Numbered from the stretch's first letter, positions 1 through 11,404 are shown. The stretch: DNA of 64,000 nt from Ignavibacteriota bacterium (GCA_963787835.1 CAWBEI010000003.1:288001-352000); one strand, 5' to 3'. The notes: a model not told the origin generated them from the sequence alone. Translations and numbers: made by a program.

Positions 1-550
1 GCAATAAAAGACCCTCCGAAGCATTCCGGAACGTAAACACACTGGCAAGACCGAACTCCCCTTCTGCGCCACCCTCCTGAAACAGAACAATCTCGCGCTC
101 ATGAGTTGGTACCGTTAAAAAATGCAGGTCGCCGGAACTTCCTTCCCACGGCCTGGAGCGCCACACCTGGTTGGGGCCGTCGGGTTCCATCCGATAAATG
201 GCAAGCTCGTTCACCGGCTCACCCCACTGCGCTGAATATCCTGCAAGGATAAATTTTACCCCTTCTTGAGAAATGACCTGATACGTTACTGTTCTCAACC
301 GGGTGGGTTTTCCTTCCATTGCGCTTTTGGAGGTATGAGCATACCGCTTCATTAGCCGCGCAGGAAATACGTGCGCCAGAAACCGTTCGATGCGGTGGTA
401 GCCACGCTGAGAAATGGTCACTCCCGGTGAATCTAAACGATCGAAGTCTATGACTTGTGCGAGGGCCAGCTTTGGCGAACCCGTCACTGCCATCATAAGC
501 AACACGGCGAGAAAAAACAATTTCCGAATGCCTCGCTTCGAATAATTCAT
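1..550 (-). CDS. Secreted hypothetical protein, partial (runs off window start)
   Basis: Hand translation from ATG at 550: MNYSKRGIRKLFFLAVLLMMAVTGSPKLALAQ (signal peptide), open to position 1; not in the ORF track. Confidence 0.75.
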   Translation of the reverse strand, partial: MNYSKRGIRKLFFLAVLLMMAVTGSPKLALAQVIDFDRLDSPGVTISQRGYHRIERFLAHVFPARLMKRYAHTSKSAMEGKPTRLRTVTYQVISQEGVKFILAGYSAQWGEPVNELAIYRMEPDGPNQVWRSRPWEGSSGDLHFLTVPTHEREIVLFQEGGAEGEFGLASVFTFRNASEGLLL

Positions 551-976
551 AGCCTTAAAATACGTATTTTTCAGGGCCAATGCAAGTGCTTTTCGGAAAT
601 TCTTCGTTTTCGGGCTATTTACGGCATATTTATGTTGAAAATCGTAATGCAGATCCGCCTTTTTCATGGTCATTGCTGAACCCCTTTGATTTCAGGGAAG
701 CTCGGCGAAACTCTTTCCCATTCCTGACGTTTGCTCCAATGCCACGGATGCAGTTCTCTATAATGCTTGTGGCTCTCTTCAACATTTAACAACCGCGAAC
801 CTATCGACGATTTCTACGATTTCTGAGACACCAGCGAGGTGATTGTCATCTAAGAAGGGTGCCCATTCATCCGCGGCCAAACGATTATTTGGTCAATAAA
901 CAGGTCGTTCCTCGTTACACTGCGTGATCCGTAGCGTATTAAGAGGTGTATGTCATATATTCGGAAATAGAAGTCG

Positions 977-3900
977 ATGCGGAACTACATCAATTACCGT
1001 TTTAATCCGGAAGCGCTCTTCGAGCGTCCAAGCATTATGCCTGGACTTTATCGTAGAAACATCTTCCTGCTTCTTTTCGCCTTTTCGTTCGTATTCTTTG
1101 CCGCAGCAACACCACTGCGCGCGCAACTACGCGCGCAACAGCCCGCTACGTTGAGCTATCAGGTGCTTTCGGTAAAGCCGGAGCAGATCCTGATCCGGAT
1201 CCAGCCGAGCTATACCTCACGCACGGTCACCGATAGCCTGGGCCGCTCACTCACGGAAATGACGATCCCGGATGGCATCGTCACGGATTCCACCGGCGCG
1301 CCGGAGATCCAGCGCATTGCCCTTTCACTGCTTGCGCCAAGCCGCCGGCAAGCAACCGTTGAGATCGTAAGCCAGGCGCTCGAAGTACTTCCGGGCATCG
1401 ATCTCGCGCCGGTTCCCACGTATTTCAAACAAAATGGCGACGTGCTCAAACGGTACGTCATTCACTCCGATAGTTACAATAGCCATACCACCGATGACGT
1501 GTTTAGCGTAGGAGCGGTCAGCCCATTCCGGACCGCTTTCTCGGAACGTATTCTCGTCTCGCCGATCCAATACGATGCAGCAACCCATAGCGTCACGCGT
1601 GTAAAATCGCTTACGTTGCGAATCCGGTTTGCGGATGCATCGAATATCACTTCAACGTCATCCACACAAAGTGGCGTTACGATCTCTCCACAGGAAGCGG
1701 AGTTTTTCCGTACTATTTTCTTGAATGGAAAAATTACAAGTTTTTACACGCGGGCAAGCGCGGAGTGGACGTATGCACTTAAATCTCAAGCCGGGTCATT
1801 TCCAACGACTCAATCTGCTAATGGCTCGAGTAGTCAATGGCTCCAAATTACTGTAAATAGCGAAGGCATCTATCATATTACTGCGCAGGATCTCGCGAAC
1901 AATGGGATAACCGGCACGATCGATCCCAGTTCGATCGAACTGTTCGGTATCGGAGGTGCCATGCTCAACGAGAACACCACGGATTCCACCGGCGATTGGA
2001 TCGAATGCGCGGTCGATGTGCGAACCGACGGTCAGAATTTTTCCGATCTGTATTTTTACGCCAATGGCCCAAGCGTTTGGAAATACGATGGTTCCCTTGG
2101 CGGAACCGATGGCCTCTTCCACAATCTTAATCCCTATTCGGGCGCCGGACATTTCTTATTAAAGATCGGTGGGCCGTTGCTTGCAGGTGGGCTTCGAGTA
2201 GTAACGCAAGCTGACTCACTCACTCAAGCGCCTGTTGCAGAAGCCACGGTACTCACCTCAACGTGTCATGAAGTGGATCGCACCATGGAAGATGGAAACA
2301 TCGGCCGCGAAATGCTTGATCAGGGTTTAACGCAGGGCATACCTATACAGGTTACCTTGGATGCACCAGGCTACACCGGCGATTCCTCCGTTATACGCGT
2401 GGCCTATGATGCTCAGATAAGTTCCGACTACGCGGGATCTCTCGCGGTACAGATCAATAACCAGAATGTGGGAACAATCCCCTCTCGTGTCGGTAACTCT
2501 CCCGACCGCAATTGGGATCACACGCTGGTGCTCGACCCAAGTATCTCAACACCACTCAATCTGGGAATTACATTCACGAGTACCGATGTAGCGGCGAATG
2601 CCTGGCTCGATTTCGTGGAATTAGTGTATCAACAAGGCACGGACATTGGCTCGCAATCGATTCCATTCATGCTGCTCGATAACGGGGGTGCCTATCAATA
2701 TCCGTTTACCAGCGCAGCGGGCGGAGAAGTATGGGATGTGACGAATGCACTTGCTCCACATATCATTACCAGTGCTAATGGGGACAATATGCCGGTTACG
2801 CTGCAAGGCCAGCACGGCGCGATGCGCAGGTTCTTTGCATTCTCTACACAATCGGTGCTTTCCCCGACGATCGCTTCGATCCAAGCTCCAACTCTTCGAA
2901 CCACTATCTGCCAGACGGGCGCGGAGGAGATCATCGTGGCACCGCAAGCATTCCTTACCGAAGCCAATCAACTGGCGGAGCTTCGCAGGCAAGGAGGACA
3001 GGCGACCGAGGCAATGTCTGCCACGGTTGTAACGATCGAAAGCATTTATCAGGAGTTCGGCTACGGCAATAACGATGTGGTTGCCTTGCGGGACTTCATG
3101 GCCTATACCCTACACCATGCAGCGACCCGCCCCAGCTATCTTACCCTCCTTGGCGGCGGCCATTGCGATTATCAAAACCACCAAACCACGGCACCGACCT
3201 GGCTTCCAATCTATGAAGCACAAGCTGATTTGTTGGATCCCGGTCTCTTCCGTACTGGTATCGGTGCTGAACCGTACCCGGATGATTGTTTCTTCGTACA
3301 CCTCACTCCCGGTGAAGGAGCACAGGTGTATGACCTTGCCATTGGCCGCATCTCGGCCCGGAATGAGGCCGATGCCGCCGTTTACGTATCGAAAGTCCGG
3401 GAATACGAACATGCAAGCGATACCGGGGCATGGCGCTCCCTTACAACTTTCCTCGCCGATGATCGGAACGATCCGGAATTCTCACCACCGATCGATCCGC
3501 TCGATCATTTCGGCGATACCCAGAACGAGATCACTCACTTGCAGGACCGCGTACTCGTGCATAAGATCTATGAAGTGAGTTACCCCACCGTCATTTCTTC
3601 TACTGGTCAACGCTTGAAACCCGAGGTCAATACGGCCATTATCAACGCATTCAATTCTGGAACCGTACTGTTTTCATTCGTCGGGCACGGGAACCCTGAA
3701 GTATGGACCCACGAGTCGGTGCTGCTCGTTCCGTCGTCGATCAATCAGCTCACCAATTTTGATCATCTCGCGTATGTGACCACGGCGACCTGCGATTTCA
3801 GCGAGTATGATAATTTTCAGGATTTCTCCGGCGGAGAGCAGTTCATGATGAGCCCGGCTGGCGGTTCGATCGGAATGCTTGGAACTTCACGCTCGGTTAC

Positions 3901-5170
3901 GAGTGGTGAACCGCTCGTCCAATGGTTCTATCAGACCTTATTCAATGCTGACTCCGGCCACGGGACTTCGACGGTTGGCGAGGCGCTGATCGTCGGCAAA
4001 TATTACGGCAGTAACTATTCGCTTTTTTATCTGCTTGGGGATCCAGCACAGCGATTGCTGCTCCCGAAGCTTTATATAAATTTCGACTCCGTGAATGGCG
4101 CTGCGCTCTCGGCCGATACCGTCTCCATTCCATCGCTTTCTCAGGTGCGGATCAGCGGTAGTATCCGGAATGGGAACTCAGGGGATTCCGCAATAGAAAC
4201 CGGATTCAATGGTACAGTTAACGTTACGCTCTTCGATACTCCCACGCTGGAGCAGGCTACCTCGACCTTTCTACCGGATACCTACGAGATCCACGATTCC
4301 TATTACGTCGATGGACCTATTCTTTACCGAGGAACCGCAACGGTCACCAATGGGCAGTTTACGGTCAGTTTTATCGTTCCGCGCGATGTGAAGCTCGATT
4401 CCGGCCTTGCAAAGCTTTCCGGTTACGCGTATTCCGGCTCGGATGCACGAACCGCGCTCGGCGATAACCAGACCATTCACTTGATCAGCTCTTCATCCAC
4501 GCAAACCGCCATTGATACAAACGGCCCGTCGCTCGGTGTTTGGCTTGGCAGCCGTTCTTTCCAGAGTGGAGATGTGGTCTCGATGAATTCGACAGTCATT
4601 GTGGATGTCAATGACATTCTTGGGCTTAATACCTCGACGGCAAGCATCGGGCATAGTTTTATCGGATGGGTCGATGACGCAGAGGATTCCGCGATCGACC
4701 TTGCGAGCACCTACGTATCCAAAGAAAATGACTTCACCTCCGGAACGAGCGAACAAGCGATCTCGCTTCCTGCCGGACATCACACATTACATGTTCGCGC
4801 CTTCGATACATACGACAATGCTACCTTCGCAAGTGTAGATTTTGTCGCAAAGGGCGGAACGCCCTATCAGGTCTATGATGTCTCGGTCGTTCCCGATCCA
4901 ATGCAGGATCACACCGTATTCAGTTTTGTGCAGCCAGGTCAGGCTGGAAGCACCGTCAACGTTACGCTCTCGATCTATACGGTTGCCGGACAACTCGTGC
5001 GAACGCTTACAGCATCATCGAGCGAAAGCGCGATCGAGATCCCGTGGGATGGACGCGATGCCAACGGAAACGCTCTTTCGAATGGCGCATACGTGTTCGT
5101 TGCAAACGTGCAGGACATCACGGATGGGACGAGTGCGGTCGCAACAGGCAAATGTATTGTCGCTCGCTGA
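977..5170 (+). CDS. porU: Type IX secretion system sortase PorU (gingipain/C25 peptidase family)
   Basis: 1397 aa, signal peptide, C25 catalytic motifs FVGHG and ATCDFSEYD, C-terminal FlgD-like/CTD (WDGRDANG); directly upstream of porV. Confidence 0.9.
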   Translation: MRNYINYRFNPEALFERPSIMPGLYRRNIFLLLFAFSFVFFAAATPLRAQLRAQQPATLSYQVLSVKPEQILIRIQPSYTSRTVTDSLGRSLTEMTIPDGIVTDSTGAPEIQRIALSLLAPSRRQATVEIVSQALEVLPGIDLAPVPTYFKQNGDVLKRYVIHSDSYNSHTTDDVFSVGAVSPFRTAFSERILVSPIQYDAATHSVTRVKSLTLRIRFADASNITSTSSTQSGVTISPQEAEFFRTIFLNGKITSFYTRASAEWTYALKSQAGSFPTTQSANGSSSQWLQITVNSEGIYHITAQDLANNGITGTIDPSSIELFGIGGAMLNENTTDSTGDWIECAVDVRTDGQNFSDLYFYANGPSVWKYDGSLGGTDGLFHNLNPYSGAGHFLLKIGGPLLAGGLRVVTQADSLTQAPVAEATVLTSTCHEVDRTMEDGNIGREMLDQGLTQGIPIQVTLDAPGYTGDSSVIRVAYDAQISSDYAGSLAVQINNQNVGTIPSRVGNSPDRNWDHTLVLDPSISTPLNLGITFTSTDVAANAWLDFVELVYQQGTDIGSQSIPFMLLDNGGAYQYPFTSAAGGEVWDVTNALAPHIITSANGDNMPVTLQGQHGAMRRFFAFSTQSVLSPTIASIQAPTLRTTICQTGAEEIIVAPQAFLTEANQLAELRRQGGQATEAMSATVVTIESIYQEFGYGNNDVVALRDFMAYTLHHAATRPSYLTLLGGGHCDYQNHQTTAPTWLPIYEAQADLLDPGLFRTGIGAEPYPDDCFFVHLTPGEGAQVYDLAIGRISARNEADAAVYVSKVREYEHASDTGAWRSLTTFLADDRNDPEFSPPIDPLDHFGDTQNEITHLQDRVLVHKIYEVSYPTVISSTGQRLKPEVNTAIINAFNSGTVLFSFVGHGNPEVWTHESVLLVPSSINQLTNFDHLAYVTTATCDFSEYDNFQDFSGGEQFMMSPAGGSIGMLGTSRSVTSGEPLVQWFYQTLFNADSGHGTSTVGEALIVGKYYGSNYSLFYLLGDPAQRLLLPKLYINFDSVNGAALSADTVSIPSLSQVRISGSIRNGNSGDSAIETGFNGTVNVTLFDTPTLEQATSTFLPDTYEIHDSYYVDGPILYRGTATVTNGQFTVSFIVPRDVKLDSGLAKLSGYAYSGSDARTALGDNQTIHLISSSSTQTAIDTNGPSLGVWLGSRSFQSGDVVSMNSTVIVDVNDILGLNTSTASIGHSFIGWVDDAEDSAIDLASTYVSKENDFTSGTSEQAISLPAGHHTLHVRAFDTYDNATFASVDFVAKGGTPYQVYDVSVVPDPMQDHTVFSFVQPGQAGSTVNVTLSIYTVAGQLVRTLTASSSESAIEIPWDGRDANGNALSNGAYVFVANVQDITDGTSAVATGKCIVAR

Positions 5171-5215
5171 CCAATTAAAGTTTAATAGAAGTAAGAAAGA
5201 CCCGATAACACGAAT

Positions 5216-6340
5216 ATGAGGATGAATAAAAGAGATCAAAAAAAGAAGATCATGATCGGCACACTGGTGCTTGCGATGTTTGCCCTTGGCTTGCCGAGGA
5301 GTACCCATGCGCAGAGTTCAGGCTTGGCCATTGTTTCCACGGCAGTCCCGTTCCTCTTGATCGCGCCTGACGCCCGCTCGAGCGGCATGGGGGACGTTGG
5401 CACAAGTACGCCAGAAGATGCTGGCGCGATCTATTACAATCCTGCGGGTCTCGCATTTCAAACCGGTACCTCCGTCGCGCTGACCCATTCGCAATGGCTG
5501 CCGCAGTTCAATCAAAGTGATCTGTTCTATGACAACCTGAATTTCAAATGGAATGATAACGATAAGTTCGGTGGTACCATCGGAGCAAGCATCGTATTCT
5601 TGAATCTTGGTCAGTTCATCTATACCACAGAAGCATCGCCCACCCCTATTACCACGTTCAATTCGTTCGAATATGCCATTGATCTGGCATACGCGACAAA
5701 GCTTTCGGAAGACTGGGGATTTGGTGGCAGTTTAAAGTATATTCAATCTACGTTATCCACGCTGCACGTCGCGGGGGAGCAGTCCAATGGCGTCGGAGAA
5801 TCGGTCGCATTCGATCTGAGCGCACTTTGGAAGCCCGACTCCAGTTACGTCGAAGGTATCGCCAATGCGCTTCAGGTAGGATTTATCCTGGCAAACCTCG
5901 GGCCAAAGATCAAGTATGTCGATGCCCTTCAAGCCGATCCACTGCCAACGGTCCTTCGCATCGGTGCATCCTATAAGCTCTATAGCGATGAATATAATGA
6001 GATCACGCTGGCTTCCGATCTTGGAAAATTGTTGGTGCATCAGGCTCCGGGCGCTCTTACGGCCGATCCACTGCCACAATCGCTCATCACGTCGTGGGAT
6101 GATAGCACCACGCATTCATTCATGTCATCGACCGGCATTGAGTATTGGTACGATCAGTTACTGGCACTTCGTATGGGTTATTACACCGAAGGCTCACATG
6201 TTGGTGGCAGAAATTATCTGACCTTTGGCGCCGGCTTACGCTATGACTCCTATCAATTCGATTTTAGTTACATCGATACGTTCGCTCAGGATAATCCGCT
6301 GGCCAACACCCTCCGATTCACGCTCGGTATAAAGTGGTAG
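5216..6340 (+). CDS. porV: T9SS outer membrane shuttle protein PorV
   Basis: TAVPFLLIAPDARSSGMGD N-terminal motif, NPAGLAF, C-terminal LANTLRFTL. Confidence 0.92.
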   Translation: MRMNKRDQKKKIMIGTLVLAMFALGLPRSTHAQSSGLAIVSTAVPFLLIAPDARSSGMGDVGTSTPEDAGAIYYNPAGLAFQTGTSVALTHSQWLPQFNQSDLFYDNLNFKWNDNDKFGGTIGASIVFLNLGQFIYTTEASPTPITTFNSFEYAIDLAYATKLSEDWGFGGSLKYIQSTLSTLHVAGEQSNGVGESVAFDLSALWKPDSSYVEGIANALQVGFILANLGPKIKYVDALQADPLPTVLRIGASYKLYSDEYNEITLASDLGKLLVHQAPGALTADPLPQSLITSWDDSTTHSFMSSTGIEYWYDQLLALRMGYYTEGSHVGGRNYLTFGAGLRYDSYQFDFSYIDTFAQDNPLANTLRFTLGIKW

Positions 6341-6377
6341 CACGTGCATCGCGTCCCTGAACTATGAACCATGAAGT

Positions 6378-7298
6378 ATGAATGTAATTTCGATTCGGCG
6401 CTCATGTTTGATCGCCTTGTTCCTGCTTCATGGGTGCTGGTTGCTCGTCCCCTTTTCGGCAAAAGCGCAATTTCTTACTCCTGACAAGGCAACAGAGGCA
6501 CACACTTCGCTCAACAATCTCGTCGCAAGCTATGCGATGACGAGCATTCCCGCACCTCCGCGCGATACCGTTCCGATGTTGTTTGCGTCGGACAAAACCA
6601 CCGTTTCTGTACATAAGAGCGTTTTTCTTGCTGCAGCATTATCAGCTATTTTGCCGGGGCTTGGTGAGTACTATGTTGGGGACAACATCTGGCGGGGACT
6701 CGTCTTCACGGGAGTTGAGGCGGGCCTGTGGGTCGGCATGATACGCTGGAACCAACGCTTCAATGATTCCCTCAATGGCTTCTATGCGTTCAGCGACAAA
6801 CACTGGAGCACCACTCGATATGGCGATAGCCTGAATGCAGCCCTTAGCGCATACCATGTTTCCGATTCGTGCAACTGTTATGCGATGGGAAATAATATTG
6901 CTTCCATCAATCGTGCGGAAGCAGCACTCGATAGTATTTTTGCATCGAATCCGTTCGGAGATCCCTACGGACATCGTCTTGTCAACCCAAGCACCGATAA
7001 TCAGCAGTATTACGAAATGATCTCGAAATACCCCGATCCTTACACAGAAGGTTGGGATAATGCTTCAAATTTCAATTTAGCGGGGTTCATGCGCGCCGAT
7101 GCGAACGCGCAAGCCGATGTAGCAAATATCTTTTTGTATGGGATCATCCTGAATCATTTGCTTTCGGCCATCGATGCTGCACTTTTAGCTCGAGACCATA
7201 ATTCACCGGTGAACGTGTTCGGTAATGTCATCCAGCATACGATGCCGGATGGTTCGATGGCCTATTTCCCCACGGCTCATTTCGAATATCGCTTTTGA
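6378..7298 (+). CDS. Secreted/outer-membrane hypothetical protein
   Basis: Signal peptide, SAILPGLGEYY motif, C-terminal aromatic residue. Confidence 0.7.
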   Translation: MNVISIRRSCLIALFLLHGCWLLVPFSAKAQFLTPDKATEAHTSLNNLVASYAMTSIPAPPRDTVPMLFASDKTTVSVHKSVFLAAALSAILPGLGEYYVGDNIWRGLVFTGVEAGLWVGMIRWNQRFNDSLNGFYAFSDKHWSTTRYGDSLNAALSAYHVSDSCNCYAMGNNIASINRAEAALDSIFASNPFGDPYGHRLVNPSTDNQQYYEMISKYPDPYTEGWDNASNFNLAGFMRADANAQADVANIFLYGIILNHLLSAIDAALLARDHNSPVNVFGNVIQHTMPDGSMAYFPTAHFEYRF

Positions 7299-7912
7299 GA
7301 GTCTCCCTTTTTCTTTAGATACTTCCAGTTCCGTATCTTCCCTTCGGCCATCCATTCGATCGCTGTCGCGAGCCGCGTCTCTCTTGTGGCTTCTGACTTC
7401 GCATCCGTTAGCCAGTCGATGTATTCCCGCTTGTTAGAGGGGCTGAACGCATCAAAGGTCTTTTGTGCTTTGGAATTTTTCTTTAATGCTTTCGTCAGAT
7501 CCTCTGGCACAACAACATTACTGGGTGCAGACTTTGTTTTGGTAACTTTCGTCCCGGCATCGTTCAGCTTCATGGCCTGACGAATAAAACCAGATAGTAC
7601 CGCTTCGCTGGGAAGATCGCTCATCGAGCGCAATTTCCCAATGCTTCCCATTCCCTCGTTCGTCACAAGAACATGCTGGGGATCCTCGAGCAATGCAGCT
7701 TTCCAAAATCCAAATGCAGCATGTTCTTTAAATGCCGCCATGCTGGCCATCATCTCGCCCTTATAATCGAAGTGCGGAAAACTCCACTTCATTTTTTCTT
7801 CGCAATCCGGACAGACCTCATGCACTAACCGGCGCAGATGTTCAAGTATGGGTCGCGCAAAGGGCGCAGATTTCGCAATATAGGCATCAACAAGCTTATC
7901 CTTCTTTGGCAT
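7277..7912 (-). CDS. YdeI/OmpD-associated (DUF1801) family protein
   Basis: VDAYIAKSAPFARPIL, EKMKWSFPHF, C-terminal KREYIDWLTDAKSEATRETRL; start taken at MPKK. Confidence 0.85.
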   Translation of the reverse strand: MPKKDKLVDAYIAKSAPFARPILEHLRRLVHEVCPDCEEKMKWSFPHFDYKGEMMASMAAFKEHAAFGFWKAALLEDPQHVLVTNEGMGSIGKLRSMSDLPSEAVLSGFIRQAMKLNDAGTKVTKTKSAPSNVVVPEDLTKALKKNSKAQKTFDAFSPSNKREYIDWLTDAKSEATRETRLATAIEWMAEGKIRNWKYLKKKGDSQKRYSK

Positions 7913-7923
7913 AACAGACTCTT

Positions 7924-8931
7924 TCAATTACTCTGGGTTGGGCTGCTATTCATTCCTCTCTGCCGCTTCGATCTGAGTTCTATGATCGTGAGCATACAAA
8001 ATAATACAAACAAAAAAAATAAGCCCCAGAACAGCCATTTCATTGCAGTAAAAGGATAATGAGGGCTGCGGCTATCTTCGATAATATAGTGTGTATCGTT
8101 CGAGCCAAGCATCAGCATTCGAATTCCACGAGACATGCGCAAGGGAAGCCCATCGAAGATCGAAGCGATCGGCATTAGCCATCCATAGCGATGGGCATAG
8201 CGCCACCTGAAATCATTATTGGCATGGAGCATCGCCCCCGGCACGAGCAGTATTAGTTCCGACCGGATATCGGCATCCGGGCGCTGCTCCGCATTGGTGG
8301 AATATCGGACCAAATGTACCATCATCGGCTGGTTCAGAAGTGCATTGCGCAACACTGGAACGCCGATAGCGATGCTGTCGCTGCCAAGGGTAAAGTAACA
8401 ATGATAGTAAGGATCAAGCGCGATCCATTTTCCGGTGGGAGCATCGAAGATTTCGAGTAGATTATGGCCGATCCCACCAAGTTCGAATGCGCCGTTTATA
8501 TCCCACAATCGTGCAAGAATATTATTCTTTGCGAATAATGCGCAGACCCCGATATCCGCATTATAGCAATGAACACGCTTACCCTCTTCGAGAAGGCGTT
8601 GGCACGTATCGGGTTGATCGATCGCCGGCAACGCATCTCCCGGAAGCATTGGGTGTGTGGAGTCGAAATGTTGAAGTATAGCCACTGCAACGGAAAATTG
8701 AGAAGCACTTTTGTTTTGTGGATCTGCCATGTACCGAAACGAATCGGAGGCAGCAATATCTGCGCTCGAATCAACGATCTTATAGGACCCAATAATGAGC
8801 CGAAGCCGATGCTGAGAACTAACAAGCACGATGAGCGCTGCAAATAGCAGTAGCGATAGGAGAGCAAAAACCGGCGCCAGTAATCGGCGGCGTACCATTG
8901 GGGTGCGGTCGGGCTGACGAATTACGGGCAT
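7924..8931 (-). CDS. Membrane-anchored transglutaminase-like protein
   Basis: TM helices at both ends; Cys (HCYN), His (GHNLLE) and Asp (WIALDPY) in transglutaminase-like order. Confidence 0.55.
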   Translation of the reverse strand: MPVIRQPDRTPMVRRRLLAPVFALLSLLLFAALIVLVSSQHRLRLIIGSYKIVDSSADIAASDSFRYMADPQNKSASQFSVAVAILQHFDSTHPMLPGDALPAIDQPDTCQRLLEEGKRVHCYNADIGVCALFAKNNILARLWDINGAFELGGIGHNLLEIFDAPTGKWIALDPYYHCYFTLGSDSIAIGVPVLRNALLNQPMMVHLVRYSTNAEQRPDADIRSELILLVPGAMLHANNDFRWRYAHRYGWLMPIASIFDGLPLRMSRGIRMLMLGSNDTHYIIEDSRSPHYPFTAMKWLFWGLFFLFVLFCMLTIIELRSKRQRGMNSSPTQSN

Positions 8932-9039
8932 GTATGGATCAAGAACACCATGAGTGGCAATGGTTCACAAAACAGTGGCAACAGTCTGTATAAAACGGAC
9001 GATCTTATTACATAACAATCTGCAAAGCTGTTCCTCACA

Positions 9040-11316
9040 TCACCCAACATTCAGATAGGATTCCTCATCGCGGTACAGGCGGAGGAATTCTTCGCGTGTC
9101 GCATGATTCGTCGGTAACCGGAGTTGTGGATCGGCAGCAATGATGGCTTCAGCATCTTTGAGGGTGTGCTCAACAATGTCGGTATCGGTCGCTAAATTAG
9201 CGATTCGGAGCATGACGCGGCCTGATTGTTTAAGTCCCAAAATATCTCCCGTCCCTCGGAATTGAAGATCTGCCCTTGCGATCTCGAAGCCATCGGACGT
9301 TGCCACCAGTGTGTGAAGCCGTTCGAGTGCGATGGATGATTGTTCGAGTTCGTCACTCGTCATCATGCCGTCTCCGGAATCCAATTTTTCACTCGCGACG
9401 AGCACACAGGCCGAATCCGCACTACCGCGTCCTACGCGACCTCGTAGCTGATGAAGCTGTGCCAGCCCAAAACGCTCTGCATGTTCGATGATCATGACTG
9501 TTGCGTTCGGAACATCGATCCCAACTTCGATCACGGTCGTCGCGATCAGAACATCGAATTCTTTTTCGCGAAAGCGTCGCATTGCATCCTGTTTATCATT
9601 AGAGGACATCTTTCCATGCACCAGTCCAACACGAACGTGCTTAAAGTCATGCGACTTCAGATATTCGAATGCTTTCTCGGCAGCTTCGGAATCAACTTTC
9701 TGCGATTTTTCTCTCAAGGGATACACAATAAAAACCTGCTCCTGTTTTTGCTCGATGCGGCGCAGAGCAGCCTTATAGATCTGTGGGTGATCGTGTTCGA
9801 AAAACAGCATGGTCTTGATCGGCTGCCGTCCGCGTGGCATTTCACGGATGGTACTCACTTCCATATCGCCATATAATGTAAGTGCCAACGTTCGGGGGAT
9901 CGGGGTTGCCGTCATGAGAAGAACATCCGGCGCAACCGGCTGCGGGGTATGGATCTTCATTCGAAACAGTTCATGCTCGATCTCATCGAGGCTTGCAGCA
10001 TCTGCGCCTTTTTCTGCAAGCGCCTTTCGTTGAGCGACTCCAAAGCGATGCTGTTCGTCCGTCACAACAAATCCAAGTCTGTTAAATCGTACGGTCTTTT
10101 GAATGAGCGCGTGTGTGCCAACAACAATATGAGTCTCCCCTGCTGCAATGGTTTCGAGCACGCTCTTTCTTTCCCGTTTTCCCTGACCGCCAATAAGCAA
10201 AACGGTTTTGATAGCTGTATCTTTCAGGATAGTTGTAAGCGTGTTGAAATGCTGCGCTGCAAGCACTTCCGTAGGCGCCATAAAAGCACATTGATAACCA
10301 TTTTCTATCGCTACGAGCATCGCAAGAATGGCAACGATGGTCTTGCCGCTGCCCACATCGCCTTGCAAGAGCCGGTTCATCGGATAGCTTCGGCCTCCTT
10401 CTTTTGACATATCATGAAGAATATCGAGCAAGGATTTCACCTGATCCGATGTAAGCTTGTATGGCAAGGAATCAAGGATAGTCTCGGCAATGCCACGCTC
10501 AAAAAAGGGCTTTTTATTAAGAGCGCCAACCATCCTCGACACATCGTATTTCACCACTCCCGTCACCGCCATGCGCATACGTTGGCGCTCCATGGCAAGC
10601 CGCAGTTGCATGAAAAATACTTCTTCATATTTTAACCTTCGACGCGCTGATTCCACCCGTTCAGGACTCCGAGGACGATGTGCCTCGCGGATGGCTTCGG
10701 CACGCGGCATGAGTCGTTCGTGATCCAAAACTTCATCAGGCAGGATCTCGTGAAGAACCCCGAGTTTTTCCCCCATCTCGATCGCGGATTGGATGAGGTC
10801 GCGAAATTGCTTATCACGAAATCCGGCTTTGCGCAGCGCTGGCGAAAGATAATACAGTGGCAGCATCTGCCCACGAACAAACTCCTCCGGGTTCATCAGA
10901 TGCTCGATGAAGGGCGGCTGCACGATCTGCACCACATTCTGATACTCACCGGCATATCCCGCAGCAAGATATTCCTCCCCCTCCTGGAATTGCTTTGCCC
11001 GCCATTCGGGGAAATCGAAAAAGACCAATTGCAACACCCCGCCGGAATCGTCCTGCATAGCAATGACGGCACGCGCGCGGCGATGCCCGGGAATGCACCG
11101 TGCGGAGATAACCTTACCTCGTACACTCACGGGTTTTCGAAGATGTTTTCGAATCTCCGCAAGTGGAACAAGCTGCCTGGCATCCAAATACCGTCCTGGA
11201 AAATGAAGGATCAGATCTTCAAGCGTAGCTATTCCGGCACTAACGAGCGCCTCCGCCTTTTTGGGCGTAACGCCGGGGAGCTTGCGAAGGGATTGGGCTG
11301 GAATTGTGGAAATCAA
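9040..11316 (-). CDS. recG: ATP-dependent DNA helicase RecG
   Basis: RLLQGDVGSGKT, DEQHRFGVAQR, MTATPIPRTL, QLHQLRGRVGRG. Confidence 0.97.
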   Translation of the reverse strand: MISTIPAQSLRKLPGVTPKKAEALVSAGIATLEDLILHFPGRYLDARQLVPLAEIRKHLRKPVSVRGKVISARCIPGHRRARAVIAMQDDSGGVLQLVFFDFPEWRAKQFQEGEEYLAAGYAGEYQNVVQIVQPPFIEHLMNPEEFVRGQMLPLYYLSPALRKAGFRDKQFRDLIQSAIEMGEKLGVLHEILPDEVLDHERLMPRAEAIREAHRPRSPERVESARRRLKYEEVFFMQLRLAMERQRMRMAVTGVVKYDVSRMVGALNKKPFFERGIAETILDSLPYKLTSDQVKSLLDILHDMSKEGGRSYPMNRLLQGDVGSGKTIVAILAMLVAIENGYQCAFMAPTEVLAAQHFNTLTTILKDTAIKTVLLIGGQGKRERKSVLETIAAGETHIVVGTHALIQKTVRFNRLGFVVTDEQHRFGVAQRKALAEKGADAASLDEIEHELFRMKIHTPQPVAPDVLLMTATPIPRTLALTLYGDMEVSTIREMPRGRQPIKTMLFFEHDHPQIYKAALRRIEQKQEQVFIVYPLREKSQKVDSEAAEKAFEYLKSHDFKHVRVGLVHGKMSSNDKQDAMRRFREKEFDVLIATTVIEVGIDVPNATVMIIEHAERFGLAQLHQLRGRVGRGSADSACVLVASEKLDSGDGMMTSDELEQSSIALERLHTLVATSDGFEIARADLQFRGTGDILGLKQSGRVMLRIANLATDTDIVEHTLKDAEAIIAADPQLRLPTNHATREEFLRLYRDEESYLNVG

Positions 11317-11404
11317 GTAAAATTAAAGAATTAAGAATTGAGAGTTATGGTTCGGTTATTCCTCCAATGCTTCTGTAATTGTATTTCTCTATTTTATATT
11401 TTTC

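Noticed and set aside
11318-11348. Low-complexity AATTAAGAATT run; similar TTCAT runs near 23803-23830 and 63810-63833
   Set aside because: Too short and degenerate to call as elements from this window alone.
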